From positions 3,928-67,927 of the forward strand of contig NZ_CAJYVU010000046.1 in assembly GCF_913778135.1 (NCBI RefSeq): a stretch of DNA of 64,000 nucleotides, read 5' to 3'. Origin of the DNA: an uncultured Sphingomonas sp. GTDB taxonomy: Bacteria > Pseudomonadota > Alphaproteobacteria > Sphingomonadales > Sphingomonadaceae. Both the position numbers and the translations under genes were made by a program. Positions 48,823-60,808 of the stretch are shown in pieces. Position 1 is the first letter of the stretch. Every line of letters begins with the position of its first letter. The notes under the pieces are model-generated. The model worked only from the letters and a program-made list of their open reading frames with translations. It was not told where the DNA came from and did not search any database.

Positions 48823-49254
48823 TCAGGCCTCCGGCGCGGCTCGCCTCGCGGACGGGCGCGCCGCGGATCGCTCCGTCGGTGTCAGCACGCCGTCGTGGTC
48901 GGTATCCAACCGTGCGAACCGACGCGCCAGCAGCGACGCGATTTCCTGCCGGTCGACCACGCCGTCACCGTTGCGGTCGAGCCTGGCGAAGCGGCGAGCG
49001 GGATCACCCTTTCCCCTGGTCGCGGCGGCGAGATATTCCGCCCGGCTGACCTTGCCGTCACCATCGGTATCGGCGGCGAGCACCCGCCGCTCACGCCGGC
49101 TGGTGAAATCCTGCAGCGTCAGTCCGCTTCTCGGCCGCGCGGCAGCGCCGTTGTCATGCACCGCGGGCGGCATCGCCTGCCCGCACGCCATCGCCGGCAG
49201 CAGCAGGGCGAACGCGGCCGATGCCGCACCATATCGCGTCTTCATGTTCGTCAC
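48823..49254 (-). CDS. Secreted EF-hand protein
   Basis: DTDGDGKVS, DRNGDGVVD, DTDHDGVLT. Confidence 0.85.
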   Translation of the reverse strand: MTNMKTRYGAASAAFALLLPAMACGQAMPPAVHDNGAAARPRSGLTLQDFTSRRERRVLAADTDGDGKVSRAEYLAAATRGKGDPARRFARLDRNGDGVVDRQEIASLLARRFARLDTDHDGVLTPTERSAARPSARRAAPEA

Positions 49255-49329
49255 GCTGCTCTTGTCCCCGTATACCTGTGCCGCGTTTACGCGTCGCCGG
49301 GCGGCGCGGACGCCGCCCGTGCGGATCGC

Positions 49330-49584
49330 TCAACGATAGCGCCAGCCGCCGTGCCAGCGATAGCGGTGGCCCCAGAACCGGTTGCCGTACCAGTAACCGC
49401 GCCCGGGATAGTAACGGTGCACGATATAGGCGCGCGGGGCATAACGCGGGCCGCGGTTGGACACGCAGCGGCCGTAATAGCCGCGGTGGAAACCGGGGCC
49501 GCAACCCTGACGTGCCTCGGCCGGCGCACTCGCCATCACCATGCCGCCCAGCGCCGCTGCCGCCAAAAGAAGGGTCTTCATCAT
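49330..49584 (-). CDS. GCG_CRPN prefix-to-repeats small secreted protein
   Basis: AEARQGCGPGFHRGYYGRCVSN, then an R/Y/W/G-rich tail. Confidence 0.75.
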   Translation of the reverse strand: MMKTLLLAAAALGGMVMASAPAEARQGCGPGFHRGYYGRCVSNRGPRYAPRAYIVHRYYPGRGYWYGNRFWGHRYRWHGGWRYR

Positions 49585-49708
49585 CGATACTCCTTCGCGC
49601 TTCGTCACGTCACAGCGACGACCAGACGTTGAACGGAGTTTGCCCGCCAATCCGTCGGTGAGCTTTCGAAAAAAATCGACAACGACTGCACGATTACACG
49701 CCGCGACC

Positions 49709-50991
<1,283 letters not shown>

Positions 50992-50995
<4 letters not shown>

Positions 50996-52797
50996 ATCGC
51001 CCTCCTGAGCGTCAGCACGAACCCGACGCCCGACAGATGCGGCGCGTCATCGACCGCGAGCTCGCCGCCGAATTCACGCGCGATGTCGCGTGCGATTGCC
51101 AGGCCCAGCCCCAAGCCGTCGGCACGACCGGTCACGAAGGGCGTGAACAGTGTTTCGCGCACCTCTGGCGCGATCCCCGTACCATTGTCCGATACGCTGA
51201 CCGTTATCGTATTGGCGGACGCGGCCACGCCGAGGTGTATCGCCTGCCGCACGACGCCGGCGGTTGCGTCGAGCGCGTTCTGCGTAAGGTTGACCAGCAC
51301 CTGTTCCAGCCGGATCCGATCGCCGAGGACGCGTGCGTCGCGCACGTCCGCGGGCACGTCGAGCGTCAACGCACCGCGCACCCGCTCTCCCATCAACAGC
51401 AGCAGCCCGTCGATCACCTCACCGACCGTCGTATTCCCCGACGCGCTGGGCCGTCGACGTGAGAAGGCGCGCAACTCGCCGGTGATCGCGCCGATACGGT
51501 CGGTCAGCGCGACGATGTGGCCCAGGTTCTCGCGCGCGCGCTCGGGTGCGGCGCGGTCGAGCAGGATCGTGCCGTTTTCGGCGAAGGTGCGGATCGCGGC
51601 GACGGGCTGGTTGATCTCGTGCGCGACGCCCGCGGTAATCTGCCCGAGTGAGCCGAGTCGGCTGGCGAGTGCCAGTTCCTCGCGCGCGGTGCGGTAGCGC
51701 TGGTCGGCGGCGAGCCGCTCAGCCGATTCGACGCTCAACCGCGCATTCGCGTCGCGAAGCTCGGCGGTACGCGCGGCGACCTCACGCTCGAGACCGGCGC
51801 GCGCCTCGCGCTGCAATCGCCGCCGCTCCGCCGAGCGCCACGTTGCGCCCCCGAACACCGCAACGACGAACAGCAGCGCCAACGCCCACAAGGTCACCTG
51901 CTGCCGCGCGGCGGTCAGCGCCGGCGCGAGCGGGGCGAAGTGCAACACCTCGCCGCCCGCGAGCGGTGACGCGGTTCGCGCAACGCGGTAGCCGACCGGC
52001 TCGCCCGGCGCGTTCGCATCCTTGCCTGCGATGGTGAGCGGAACGGGCTTCGGCACGGATCGTCCGAATTGCAGCGTGCGGCGCGCGCGTGCGGCCGTCG
52101 CGCGGTCGATTCCATCGAGGGCGTGAAAGCGCCAGTCGGGGCGGCTGGTCACCAGCACGATGCCGCGCCGATCGGTCGCGACGCTGATGCCCGACGTTCG
52201 CGCCCATTGCGCCTCCACCCGGTCGAACTCGACCTTCACCACGACGACACCGAGCGTGCGGCGGTCCCTCGTCACCCGACGCGACAGGTAGAGCCCCGGT
52301 CGCCCGCTGACGGTGCCGAGTGCGAACAATTCGGCCGCGCCGTCACGCATCGCGTCGATGAAATACGGGCGAAAGCTGTAATCCTGCCCGACGAAGCTGG
52401 TCGGCAGGCGCCAGTTGCTCGCCGCCACGGTGCGCCCGCTTCGATCGATCGCGTAGATGACGGCGGCGTTGGTCCGCGCCGCGAGCAATTCAAGCGTCTG
52501 GTCGAGTCGTTGTTGCGCTCCATCGCCGGCCAGCGCCGCGGCAACGTCGGGATATTCGACCAGCACCAGTGGCAGTAGCCGGAACTTCTCCAGCTCGCTC
52601 GCCAGCAATCCGGCGTGATTGGCGGCAATCGTCGCTGCGGCCTCGTCCGTGGCGGCGCGCGCACGAACCTCGGTCCAGCGCCACGCGCTCCAGCCGAGCA
52701 CCGCGCATGCGACGCCCGCGAACACGACGAACAGGATCGAGCGCCGCCAATGTGCGGTTTTCCACACACTTTCCTGTCCCGCGGCTCCGTCCGACAT
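50992..52797 (-). CDS. dctB: DctB-like sensor histidine kinase
   Basis: FVGQDYSFRPYF, GVAHEINQP, NLTQNA, DNGTG, GLGLGL. Confidence 0.88.
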
Positions 52798-52951
52798 GCC
52801 TAGCTGATCACCCCCACATCTCGCCTAGACGCATTTTCTGCCGTCTTCGCAGTCACTTGGTCTTCGTTCCGCTCCAACGTGGTGCGTGCTTCATCCGCCT
52901 CTACACTGTACGCAACGTTCCGCCACGAGAACGCGGAAAAAGGTGAGGATC

Positions 52952-54301
52952 ATGAACGGCCCGTCTGTCAGCCAGAACGCACATCCGAGCGACGCCCAGG
53001 CGCCGGCGCGGCGGCCGTTCTACACGCACCTCTACGCGCAGGTGCTATTCGCGATCCTGCTCGGCGCGCTGGTCGGTCATTTCGCCCCTCAGACTGGTGA
53101 GGCGCTGAAGCCGCTGGGCGATGCCTTCATCAAGCTGGTAAAGATGGTGATCGCGCCCGTCATCTTCCTGACATTGGTCAGCGGCATCGCGGGCATGAAG
53201 GAATTGCGCGCAGTCGGGCGCGTCGCCGGCAAGGCATTCGGCTATTTCCTGTTCTTCTCCACGCTGGCGCTGATCGTCGGACTGATCGTCGCCAATGTGG
53301 TGCGGCCAGGCGCGGGGATGAACATCGACCCCGCCGGGCTCGATAGCGGCGCGATCGCGGGCTACGCGCATCAGGCGCACGAGACGACGCTGACGGGCTT
53401 CCTGCTCGGCATCATCCCCGACACGCTCGTCTCCGCGCTGATCCAGGGCAACATCCTGCAAGTGCTGCTGGTCGCGATCCTGACCGGCATTACGATCAGC
53501 CTGGTCGGCGAGCCCGCGCAGCCCGTGCTCGACTTGATCGAGCGGCTGGGCACGATCGTGTTCCGCCTGACCGGCATCCTGATGCGCGCGGCGCCGATCG
53601 GCGCGTTCGGTGCGATCGCATTCACCGTCGGCAAGTACGGCGCGGGCAGCCTGGTCAATCTGGGTGGTCTGGTCGCGACCTTCTACGCCACCTCCTTGCT
53701 GTTCGTGCTGGTGGTGCTCGGCACCGTCGCGCGCGTGCATGGCTTCTCGATCCTGAAGCTGATCGCGTACCTTAAGGCGGAGCTGCTGCTGGTGCTCGGC
53801 ACCTCGTCGTCGGAAGCAGCGCTGCCCAATCTCATCGCCAAGCTGGAGGCAGCGGGGTGCGACCGCGGCGTCGTCGGGCTGGTCGTACCGACGGGTTACT
53901 CGTTCAACCTCGACGGCACCAACATCTACATGACGCTTGCCGCCTTGTTCATCGCGCAGGCGTGCAACGTCGACCTGACACTGGGGCAGCAGTTGCTGCT
54001 ACTGGGCGTCGCGATGCTGTCGTCGAAGGGGGCGGCGGGCGTCACCGGCGCTGGGTTCATCACGCTCGCCGCCACCTTGTCGATCGTGCCGTCGGTGCCC
54101 GTCGCCGGCATGGCGCTGATCCTCGGCGTCGACCGCTTCATGTCCGAGTGCCGCAGCTTGACCAACTTCATCGGCAACGGCGTCGCCGCGATCGTCGTCG
54201 CGCGCTGGGAAGGCAAGCTCGATCTCGAGCGGCTGCGCGCCACGCTTAACAACGAGGAGCCCGTTCAGAAGGCTCCCGCCACCACGATACAGGGAGAGTG
54301 A
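52952..54301 (+). CDS. dctA: C4-dicarboxylate:H+ symporter
   Basis: [44 protein letters not shown]. Confidence 0.95.
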   Translation: MNGPSVSQNAHPSDAQAPARRPFYTHLYAQVLFAILLGALVGHFAPQTGEALKPLGDAFIKLVKMVIAPVIFLTLVSGIAGMKELRAVGRVAGKAFGYFLFFSTLALIVGLIVANVVRPGAGMNIDPAGLDSGAIAGYAHQAHETTLTGFLLGIIPDTLVSALIQGNILQVLLVAILTGITISLVGEPAQPVLDLIERLGTIVFRLTGILMRAAPIGAFGAIAFTVGKYGAGSLVNLGGLVATFYATSLLFVLVVLGTVARVHGFSILKLIAYLKAELLLVLGTSSSEAALPNLIAKLEAAGCDRGVVGLVVPTGYSFNLDGTNIYMTLAALFIAQACNVDLTLGQQLLLLGVAMLSSKGAAGVTGAGFITLAATLSIVPSVPVAGMALILGVDRFMSECRSLTNFIGNGVAAIVVARWEGKLDLERLRATLNNEEPVQKAPATTIQGE

Positions 54302-57300
54302 TTGTGAACCGTTTTCAACACCTGCTCGCGGGCACCAGCATGCTCGCGGCGCTCGCCGTCGCCAGTGGCGCCGCTGCGCAGACCACGCCGCCGGCACCGC
54401 CGCAGGAAGCCGTACCCGGCCTCGCCGAGGCGACGCCGCAGGCCGACCAGAGCCCCGACATCGCCACGCAGGCCGCCGAGCCGGTCGCGGACATCGTCGT
54501 CGTCGGCACCCAGATCAAGGGCGCGAGCGCGACCGCCGCGCTGCCCGTCACGGTGATCGACCAGGCGCAGATCGATGCAACCGGCGCGCTGTCGGGCGAC
54601 GAGCTGTTCCGCTCGATCCCGCAGGTCGGCGACGTGACCTTTAACGAGGCGCAGGGCGCGCAGACGTCGAACTCGGCGCGCGGCGACGTCAATTCGATCA
54701 ACCTGCGCAATCTTGGCGTCGGCAACACATTGGTGCTGTTGAACGGCCGTCGCCTCGTCCAGCATCCGACCAGCCAGGCCGGCGACGGCAACGTGCCGGT
54801 GCTAGGCTACAACTCCAATTCGCTGCCGGTCGCGGGCATCCAGCGGCTGGAGGTGCTGCGCGACGGTGCCGCCGCGATCTACGGCGCCGACGCGGTGGCG
54901 GGCGTGGTCAACACCGTCACCAAGGACAAGTTCGACGGCGGCAGCCTGGACTATCGCTTCGGCTTTGCGGAGGGCACGCACCGCAAGGAATTGCAGGTGA
55001 CCGGCACCTACGGCAAGAATTTCGACGAAGGCCGCGGCAACGTGTCGGTGTTCCTCGACTATACCCGCCGCACCGCGCAGCTGCCGCAGGATCAGGATTA
55101 CACCGCCAGCGACAATCTGCTGCCGCTATTCGCGAACGATCCCGCCTTCGCCGGAAACCTCGCCGCCGACGGACGCGCGACGCAGTCGCCGTGGGCGAAC
55201 CTCGCGGTAGTCGGCGGACCCGGCACGATCCGTCGCGGGACGACCGCGCTCACCTCGGCGGCGGGGGCGTTTCACACGCAATCGGCAGCAAACCCGGGAT
55301 GCGCGTACATCCTGAACGGCAACACCTGCTACGGCACCGGCACGCGCGCGACCGCGTCGACGCTCCGCTCCGAACGGTTCGACACGCGCCCGGGCACCAC
55401 CGTGACGCCGTCGTTCAACCGCTACAATTCGTTCCTGTCGGCGCACTATGACGTATCGGACGCGCTGACCTTCTACACTGAGCTCGGTTACTATCAGGCC
55501 GACACGGTGCGCATCCAGCCGCCGACGATCAACCTGAACGCGATCGTCATCCCCGCGTCCAATTACTGGAACCCGTTCGGTCCGGTGCGCTTCGCCGATG
55601 GAACGCTCAACCCCAATCGCGTTCCGGGCCTCACCAACGTACCCGCCGCGGGTCTGCCGGTACGGCTCAGCACCTACCGCTTCGTCGATGCCGGGCAGCA
55701 GCGCGTCGACGTGACCAACTGGCAGTCGCGCTTCCTGGGCGGCGCGCGCGGCAAGATCGGCAGCTTCGACTTCGACAGCGCATTGCTCTATTCGGAAGCC
55801 AAGTCGACCGATCGCTCCAACGCGATCAACATGACGCTGTTGCAGCAGAACCTCGCGCTCTCGACGCCTGACGCGTACAATCCCTTCTCGGGCGGCTGCT
55901 CGGCGACGCCCTCGGTCGGCGACTGCTCGCCCTCCAGCCAGGCATCGATCGACAGCTTCTCGTTCGATCTCGTCCGCCGCAGCAAGACGACGCTGGCGCT
56001 GGGCGATTTCAAGCTGTCGAACGCCAGCCTGTTCGCGCTGCCCGGCGGCAACGTCGGCGTGGCGCTGGGCGTCGAGGCGCGGCGCGAGACGCAGGCCGAT
56101 ATCCGCGACGACAATCTGAACGGCACGGTCACCTTCCGCGACGCGGTGACCGGCGAGGTCAACCTGTCGAACGTCGCCGCGGTCAGCCCCACGCCAAGCG
56201 TCTATGGCCGGCGCACCGTCTTCTCCGCCTTCGGCGAGCTCGCGATCCCGATCGCCTCGCCCGAGATGGGCGTGCCGCTGATGTACCGCTTCGACGTCCA
56301 GCTCGCCGGGCGGTACGAGCATTACAGCGACTTCGGCTCGGTCGCGAAGCCCAAGATCGCCGCCGCCTGGGACCTGGTCGAAGGGTTTCGCCTGCGCGCC
56401 TCCGCGTCGAAGGGGTTCCGTGCGCCCAACCTCGAACAGGTCAACACGACGCGCTATTCGCGGCTCGGCTCCAACACCGACTTCATCCGCTGCGAGGCGG
56501 ACCTGCGTTCGGGTCGGATCGCGACGTTCAACGCCTGCGGCCGCGCCAACAGCTACCAGATCGCGGTTTCGGGCAATCAGGACCTGAAGCCGGAGGACAG
56601 CACCAACTGGACCGTCGGCACCGTGCTGCAACCCGCGTTCATCCCGCGCAAATACGGGCGCCTGACGCTCACCGCCGATTTCTGGTCGATCAAGCAGGTC
56701 GGCATCGTCGGGCAGTTCGGCGCGCAGAACGCGCTGGTGCTCGACTATCTGCTGCGCCAGCAGGGGTCGTCCAATCCCAACGTCATCCGCGCCGCGCCGA
56801 CCGCCGACGACACGCCGCTGTTCGCCGGCACCGGCATCGCGCCCGCGGGCACGATCACGCAGATCAACGACCAGTTCGTCAACCTGCTGCCGCAGACCGT
56901 ACAGGGCCTTGATCTCGCTTTGCTCTACAATGTGCGCACCGACGTGGGTAAGTTCGACCTCGCGATCAACGGCGCGCGGCTGACCAAGTTCAGCCGCGAC
57001 ACCCCGCCCGCGGTGCAGGCCTTGTTCGACGCGCGTGCGGCGGGACAGATCAACGCCGCCACCCCGCTGACCGACGCCAGCGACCTGTTGCAGGACCGCG
57101 GTCGCCCGAAATGGCGCGTGACCGGCTCGCTCACCTGGTCGCTCGACCAATGGCAGGTCGGCGCGTTCGCCAATTACATCGGCCCGGTCAACGACACCAA
57201 CTTCCTCGACACCGACGGCAACCCCTACGTCGTCGACGGCACCACCACGTTCAACCTGTACGGCCAGTACCGCGTGAAGGGCGGGTTCATGGATGACACG

Positions 57301-57426
57301 CGATTGCGCATCGGCGTGCGCAACCTGTTCGACAAGCAGCCGCCGGTCACCGCCGACGGCTATCTCGGCTCGCTCTACGTGCCGTATGCACGTTACTGGT
57401 ATTTGACCGTTGGAAAGCGCTTCTGA
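54298..57426 (+). CDS. TonB-dependent receptor
   Basis: IVVVGT TonB box, [33 protein letters not shown]-terminal F. Confidence 0.93.
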   Translation: MIVNRFQHLLAGTSMLAALAVASGAAAQTTPPAPPQEAVPGLAEATPQADQSPDIATQAAEPVADIVVVGTQIKGASATAALPVTVIDQAQIDATGALSGDELFRSIPQVGDVTFNEAQGAQTSNSARGDVNSINLRNLGVGNTLVLLNGRRLVQHPTSQAGDGNVPVLGYNSNSLPVAGIQRLEVLRDGAAAIYGADAVAGVVNTVTKDKFDGGSLDYRFGFAEGTHRKELQVTGTYGKNFDEGRGNVSVFLDYTRRTAQLPQDQDYTASDNLLPLFANDPAFAGNLAADGRATQSPWANLAVVGGPGTIRRGTTALTSAAGAFHTQSAANPGCAYILNGNTCYGTGTRATASTLRSERFDTRPGTTVTPSFNRYNSFLSAHYDVSDALTFYTELGYYQADTVRIQPPTINLNAIVIPASNYWNPFGPVRFADGTLNPNRVPGLTNVPAAGLPVRLSTYRFVDAGQQRVDVTNWQSRFLGGARGKIGSFDFDSALLYSEAKSTDRSNAINMTLLQQNLALSTPDAYNPFSGGCSATPSVGDCSPSSQASIDSFSFDLVRRSKTTLALGDFKLSNASLFALPGGNVGVALGVEARRETQADIRDDNLNGTVTFRDAVTGEVNLSNVAAVSPTPSVYGRRTVFSAFGELAIPIASPEMGVPLMYRFDVQLAGRYEHYSDFGSVAKPKIAAAWDLVEGFRLRASASKGFRAPNLEQVNTTRYSRLGSNTDFIRCEADLRSGRIATFNACGRANSYQIAVSGNQDLKPEDSTNWTVGTVLQPAFIPRKYGRLTLTADFWSIKQVGIVGQFGAQNALVLDYLLRQQGSSNPNVIRAAPTADDTPLFAGTGIAPAGTITQINDQFVNLLPQTVQGLDLALLYNVRTDVGKFDLAINGARLTKFSRDTPPAVQALFDARAAGQINAATPLTDASDLLQDRGRPKWRVTGSLTWSLDQWQVGAFANYIGPVNDTNFLDTDGNPYVVDGTTTFNLYGQYRVKGGFMDDTRLRIGVRNLFDKQPPVTADGYLGSLYVPYARYWYLTVGKRF

Positions 57427-58322
57427 TGCTACGCCTGCTCGCCACCCTCTCGCTCCTCGCCGCCACGCCTGCCTTCGCGCAGCAGGCGGCGCCAGCGCCA
57501 ACCCCGATCACACGGACGAGTGCGCCGCTCCGCGTGCTGTTCATCGGCAACAGCTTCACGCAGGGCGCGCATTCGGCGGTGCGCAACTGGCATGCGGGAA
57601 CGGTCACCGACCTCAACCGCGCCGGCTATGGCGGGGTGCCCGCGCTGTTCAAGGCATTCGCCGACCAGGCCGGGCTCAACTACGAGGTCAGCCTGGAGAC
57701 GCAGGGCGGCAAGACGCTCGGCTTCCATTATGACGAGCGGCGGCAACTGTTCGACCGGTCGTGGGACGTGGTGGTGTTGCAGGAACTGTCGACGCTCAGC
57801 CGCGCGCGTCCGGGCGATGCGACCGACTACGTCCGCGATGTCGGTCGGCTGACGCGGCTGCTCACCGCACGCAACCCGCGCGTGCGCGTTGAGCTCATGT
57901 CGACGTGGAGCCGCGCCGACCTCGCCTATCGTGGTCAGGGCCGCTGGGCGGGCAAGCCGATCGCGACGATGGCGCTCGACCTGCGCGCCGCCGCCGATCA
58001 GGCGCGCGCCGCCACGCCGGGCGTGTCGGGCGTGCTGCCGGTCGGGCAGGCGTGGAACCGCGCCTTCGCGCGCGGCGTCGCCGACCCCAACCCCTATGAC
58101 GGGGTCACCTTCGGACAGGCCGATTTGTGGACCTACGACCAATATCACGCCAGCGTCGCGGGCTATTACCTCGAAGCGCTGATCGTGTTCGGGCAGCTGA
58201 CCGGCATCGACCCGCGCACGCTAGGCCGGGGCGAGCGCTCAGCGGACGAGCTCGGCCTGTCGCAGGACATGGCGGCGGCGTTGCAGGAAATCGCGTCGGA
58301 CGAGCTGCGCGGCGCGCGCTGA
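57426..58322 (+). CDS. Secreted SGNH/GDSL-like hydrolase
   Basis: VLFIGNSFT, VVVLQE, DQYHAS. Confidence 0.7.
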   Translation: MLRLLATLSLLAATPAFAQQAAPAPTPITRTSAPLRVLFIGNSFTQGAHSAVRNWHAGTVTDLNRAGYGGVPALFKAFADQAGLNYEVSLETQGGKTLGFHYDERRQLFDRSWDVVVLQELSTLSRARPGDATDYVRDVGRLTRLLTARNPRVRVELMSTWSRADLAYRGQGRWAGKPIATMALDLRAAADQARAATPGVSGVLPVGQAWNRAFARGVADPNPYDGVTFGQADLWTYDQYHASVAGYYLEALIVFGQLTGIDPRTLGRGERSADELGLSQDMAAALQEIASDELRGAR

Positions 58323-58326
58323 CCGC

Positions 58327-59964
58327 TCACGCATCCGGCAGCGCGTACCCGGCCATGCGCTGCCGCAGCAGCTTCTTGTCGATCTTGCCCGTCGCGCCGA
58401 GCGGGATCTCGTCCACCACGACCACGTCGTCGGGCATCCACCAGCGCGCGATCTTGCCATCCAGGAAGGCGAGCAACTCCGCCTTGCCGCAGGTCGCGCC
58501 TGCGTGGCGCTGGATCAGCAGGATCGGGCGCTCGTCCCATTTCGGGTGCGCGACGCCGATCACCGCGGCAAGCGCGACCTCCGGGTGGCCGACCGCGACA
58601 TTCTCGATCTCGATCGAGCTGATCCACTCGCCGCCCGACTTGACGATGTCCTTGGCGCGATCGGTGATCTGCATGTAGCCCGCCGCGTCGATCGTCGACA
58701 CGTCGCCGGTGTCGAAGAATCCTTCCGCGTCGAGCACGTCGCCGCCCTCCCCGCCGAAATAACCGCTGGTGATCGTCGGCCCCTTGATCATCAACCGACC
58801 GGCGTTGCGGCCATCGTGCGGCAGGCGGTTGCCCGCGTCGTCAGCCAGCTTGAACTCCAGCCCGCACACCAGCCGGCCCTGCATCCCCTTGCGCCGCACC
58901 TGCTCGTCGTACGGCTGCGCCAGCACCTCCGGGCTGGGTGTCGACAAGGTCGCGAGCGGCGAGGTCTCGGTCATGCCCCAGCCCTGCACCACCTCGACGC
59001 CATAATCGTCCTGGAACGCGCGGATCAAAGCCTCGGGCGGAGCGGAGCCGCCGATCACCACGCGCTTCAACGTCGAGAAGCGCGCGCCGCTGGAACGCAG
59101 ATACTGGAGCAATCCCTGCCACACGGTCGGCACCGCGGCGGAAAAGGTCACGCCCTCGTCCTCGATCAGCCGGTAGATCGACTCGCCGTCCATCCGCGCG
59201 CCCGGCAGCACCAGCTTCGCGCCGACCGCCGGCGCGGAATAGACCACGCCCCAGGCATTGGCATGGTACATCGGCACCACCAGCAGCACCGTGTCGCGCG
59301 TCGTCAGCGCGAGCGCATCGGCCTGCAGCGTCATCATCGTGTGCAGGTAGTTGGATCGGTGCGAGTAGAGCACCCCCTTCGGGTTGCCCGTCGTTCCCGA
59401 CGTATAGCACAGCCCGCACGCCAGCCGCTCGTCGAAGCCGCCCCAGACATAGTCGGCCGGCTCGTCCGCGATCCAGTCATCGAACGCAACCGCCGAAAAA
59501 TCGGTCGCGGGCAGGTCGGCCGCGGCGCACAGGAACACCACCCGCTCGATCGACGGCGCGGCGGCGAGCAGCGGACCGATCAGGGCTGCGCAGGCCGGAT
59601 CGGCGAGCAGGATGCGGTCGCCTGCGTGGGCGGCAATATAGGCGATCTGTTCGGGAAACAGCCGCGGGTTGAGCGTGTGGAGCACCGCGCCCATGTTGGT
59701 CGCGCCGTACCAGGCGGCGAGATGGCGCGCGCTGTTCCATCCCATCGTCGCGACCCGGTCGCCCTGCCCGATCCCAACGCGGGCGAGTGCGTTCGACACG
59801 CGCTTCGCCGCCCGGTGCAGCCAGGCATAGTCGAGCCGGGTGACGCTGCCGTCCGCCTCGCGCGCCACGATCTCGCGCGCGCCGTGCCAGGTGTTCGCGT
59901 GATCAAGGAAGCCGTCGACCGTCAGCGACACGTCCTGCATCAATCCGAACAGCGGCTGCGACAT
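58327..59964 (-). CDS. Acyl-CoA ligase (long-chain fatty acid/DmdB-like)
   Basis: YTSGTTGNPKG, QGWGMTE, FDTGD, DRAKDIVKSGGEWISS, TGKIDKK. Confidence 0.92.
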   Translation of the reverse strand: MSQPLFGLMQDVSLTVDGFLDHANTWHGAREIVAREADGSVTRLDYAWLHRAAKRVSNALARVGIGQGDRVATMGWNSARHLAAWYGATNMGAVLHTLNPRLFPEQIAYIAAHAGDRILLADPACAALIGPLLAAAPSIERVVFLCAAADLPATDFSAVAFDDWIADEPADYVWGGFDERLACGLCYTSGTTGNPKGVLYSHRSNYLHTMMTLQADALALTTRDTVLLVVPMYHANAWGVVYSAPAVGAKLVLPGARMDGESIYRLIEDEGVTFSAAVPTVWQGLLQYLRSSGARFSTLKRVVIGGSAPPEALIRAFQDDYGVEVVQGWGMTETSPLATLSTPSPEVLAQPYDEQVRRKGMQGRLVCGLEFKLADDAGNRLPHDGRNAGRLMIKGPTITSGYFGGEGGDVLDAEGFFDTGDVSTIDAAGYMQITDRAKDIVKSGGEWISSIEIENVAVGHPEVALAAVIGVAHPKWDERPILLIQRHAGATCGKAELLAFLDGKIARWWMPDDVVVVDEIPLGATGKIDKKLLRQRMAGYALPDA

Positions 59965-60090
59965 GGCGTCAACTCTCCTATCCACACCGGCTGTCTCGCC
60001 GGTCCCGTGCCTTGTGGCCGTTGCAGCCCCGACTTGTCGTGTTTCGTTTGGTGTCGCCAGCCCGCTTACGTGACTTTTGTTGGTGTGGCG

Positions 60091-60777
60091 TCAGTTGATC
60101 CAGCGCCAGATGCCCGCCGCCCAGCCCGCGAGCGGGATGTGCGCCCAGGTCGCCGCCAGCCACAGCACGATGCCACCACCGAGCGCGTGACCGCCAAGCT
60201 TGCCGATCCGCGCGCGCCCCGCCGCGATCCGGGCGAACGGCAGGTAGCTCGTCCGCCGCTCCCACTCGGGCCAGAAATCGGGCTGGAGCCGTGCCTTCTT
60301 GCGGTCCTGCAAATGGGCGCCGACCAGCGCCAGCACCATGATCGCGCCGGCCAGCACGACGTTGGAGGGGTCGGGATAAACGAGGATGTGCGACGCTCCC
60401 CACAGCGCAAAGGCCCACATCATCGGGTGGCGCGTGATCGCGTAGACACCGCTGGCGTCAGGAACCGGCTTGGTCCTACCCGTGGGATCAGGCAGCGCCG
60501 GGTTGCGGACCAGCGAACCCATGAACAACACGCTCGCCACCAGCATGACGGCGCTAGCGATCGCCCACAACCCGTCGCCGACCGGCCACAGCGGCGTCGC
60601 CGCCGGCGCGGCGCGGTACGCGACGACGAGCCAGCCGAGCGTCACCACCGCGACCAGGCTGTAGAGGCCGAGGAACCCGCCCTCGCCGATCCGCCGCACC
60701 AGCGGCGCACGCAGCGGATGCGACAGGAGGAAGTGCGTTCCCACGAACGCGACCGCGGCGACCAGCACTTCCTCCAT
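60091..60777 (-). CDS. NnrU family protein
   Basis: THFLLS, ITRHPMMWAFALW, multi-TM. Confidence 0.85.
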   Translation of the reverse strand: MEEVLVAAVAFVGTHFLLSHPLRAPLVRRIGEGGFLGLYSLVAVVTLGWLVVAYRAAPAATPLWPVGDGLWAIASAVMLVASVLFMGSLVRNPALPDPTGRTKPVPDASGVYAITRHPMMWAFALWGASHILVYPDPSNVVLAGAIMVLALVGAHLQDRKKARLQPDFWPEWERRTSYLPFARIAAGRARIGKLGGHALGGGIVLWLAATWAHIPLAGWAAGIWRWIN

Positions 60778-60808
60778 CCCGGCTTCTCCTCCCGATTTCC
60801 GCTCGTCG

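Noticed and set aside
55126-57501. 791 aa antisense ORF and other long overlapping ORFs (e.g. 58504-60837, 60821-62641, 10479-11888, 7142-8422)
   Set aside because: Shadow ORFs of high-GC genes with no motifs, overlapping well-supported genes
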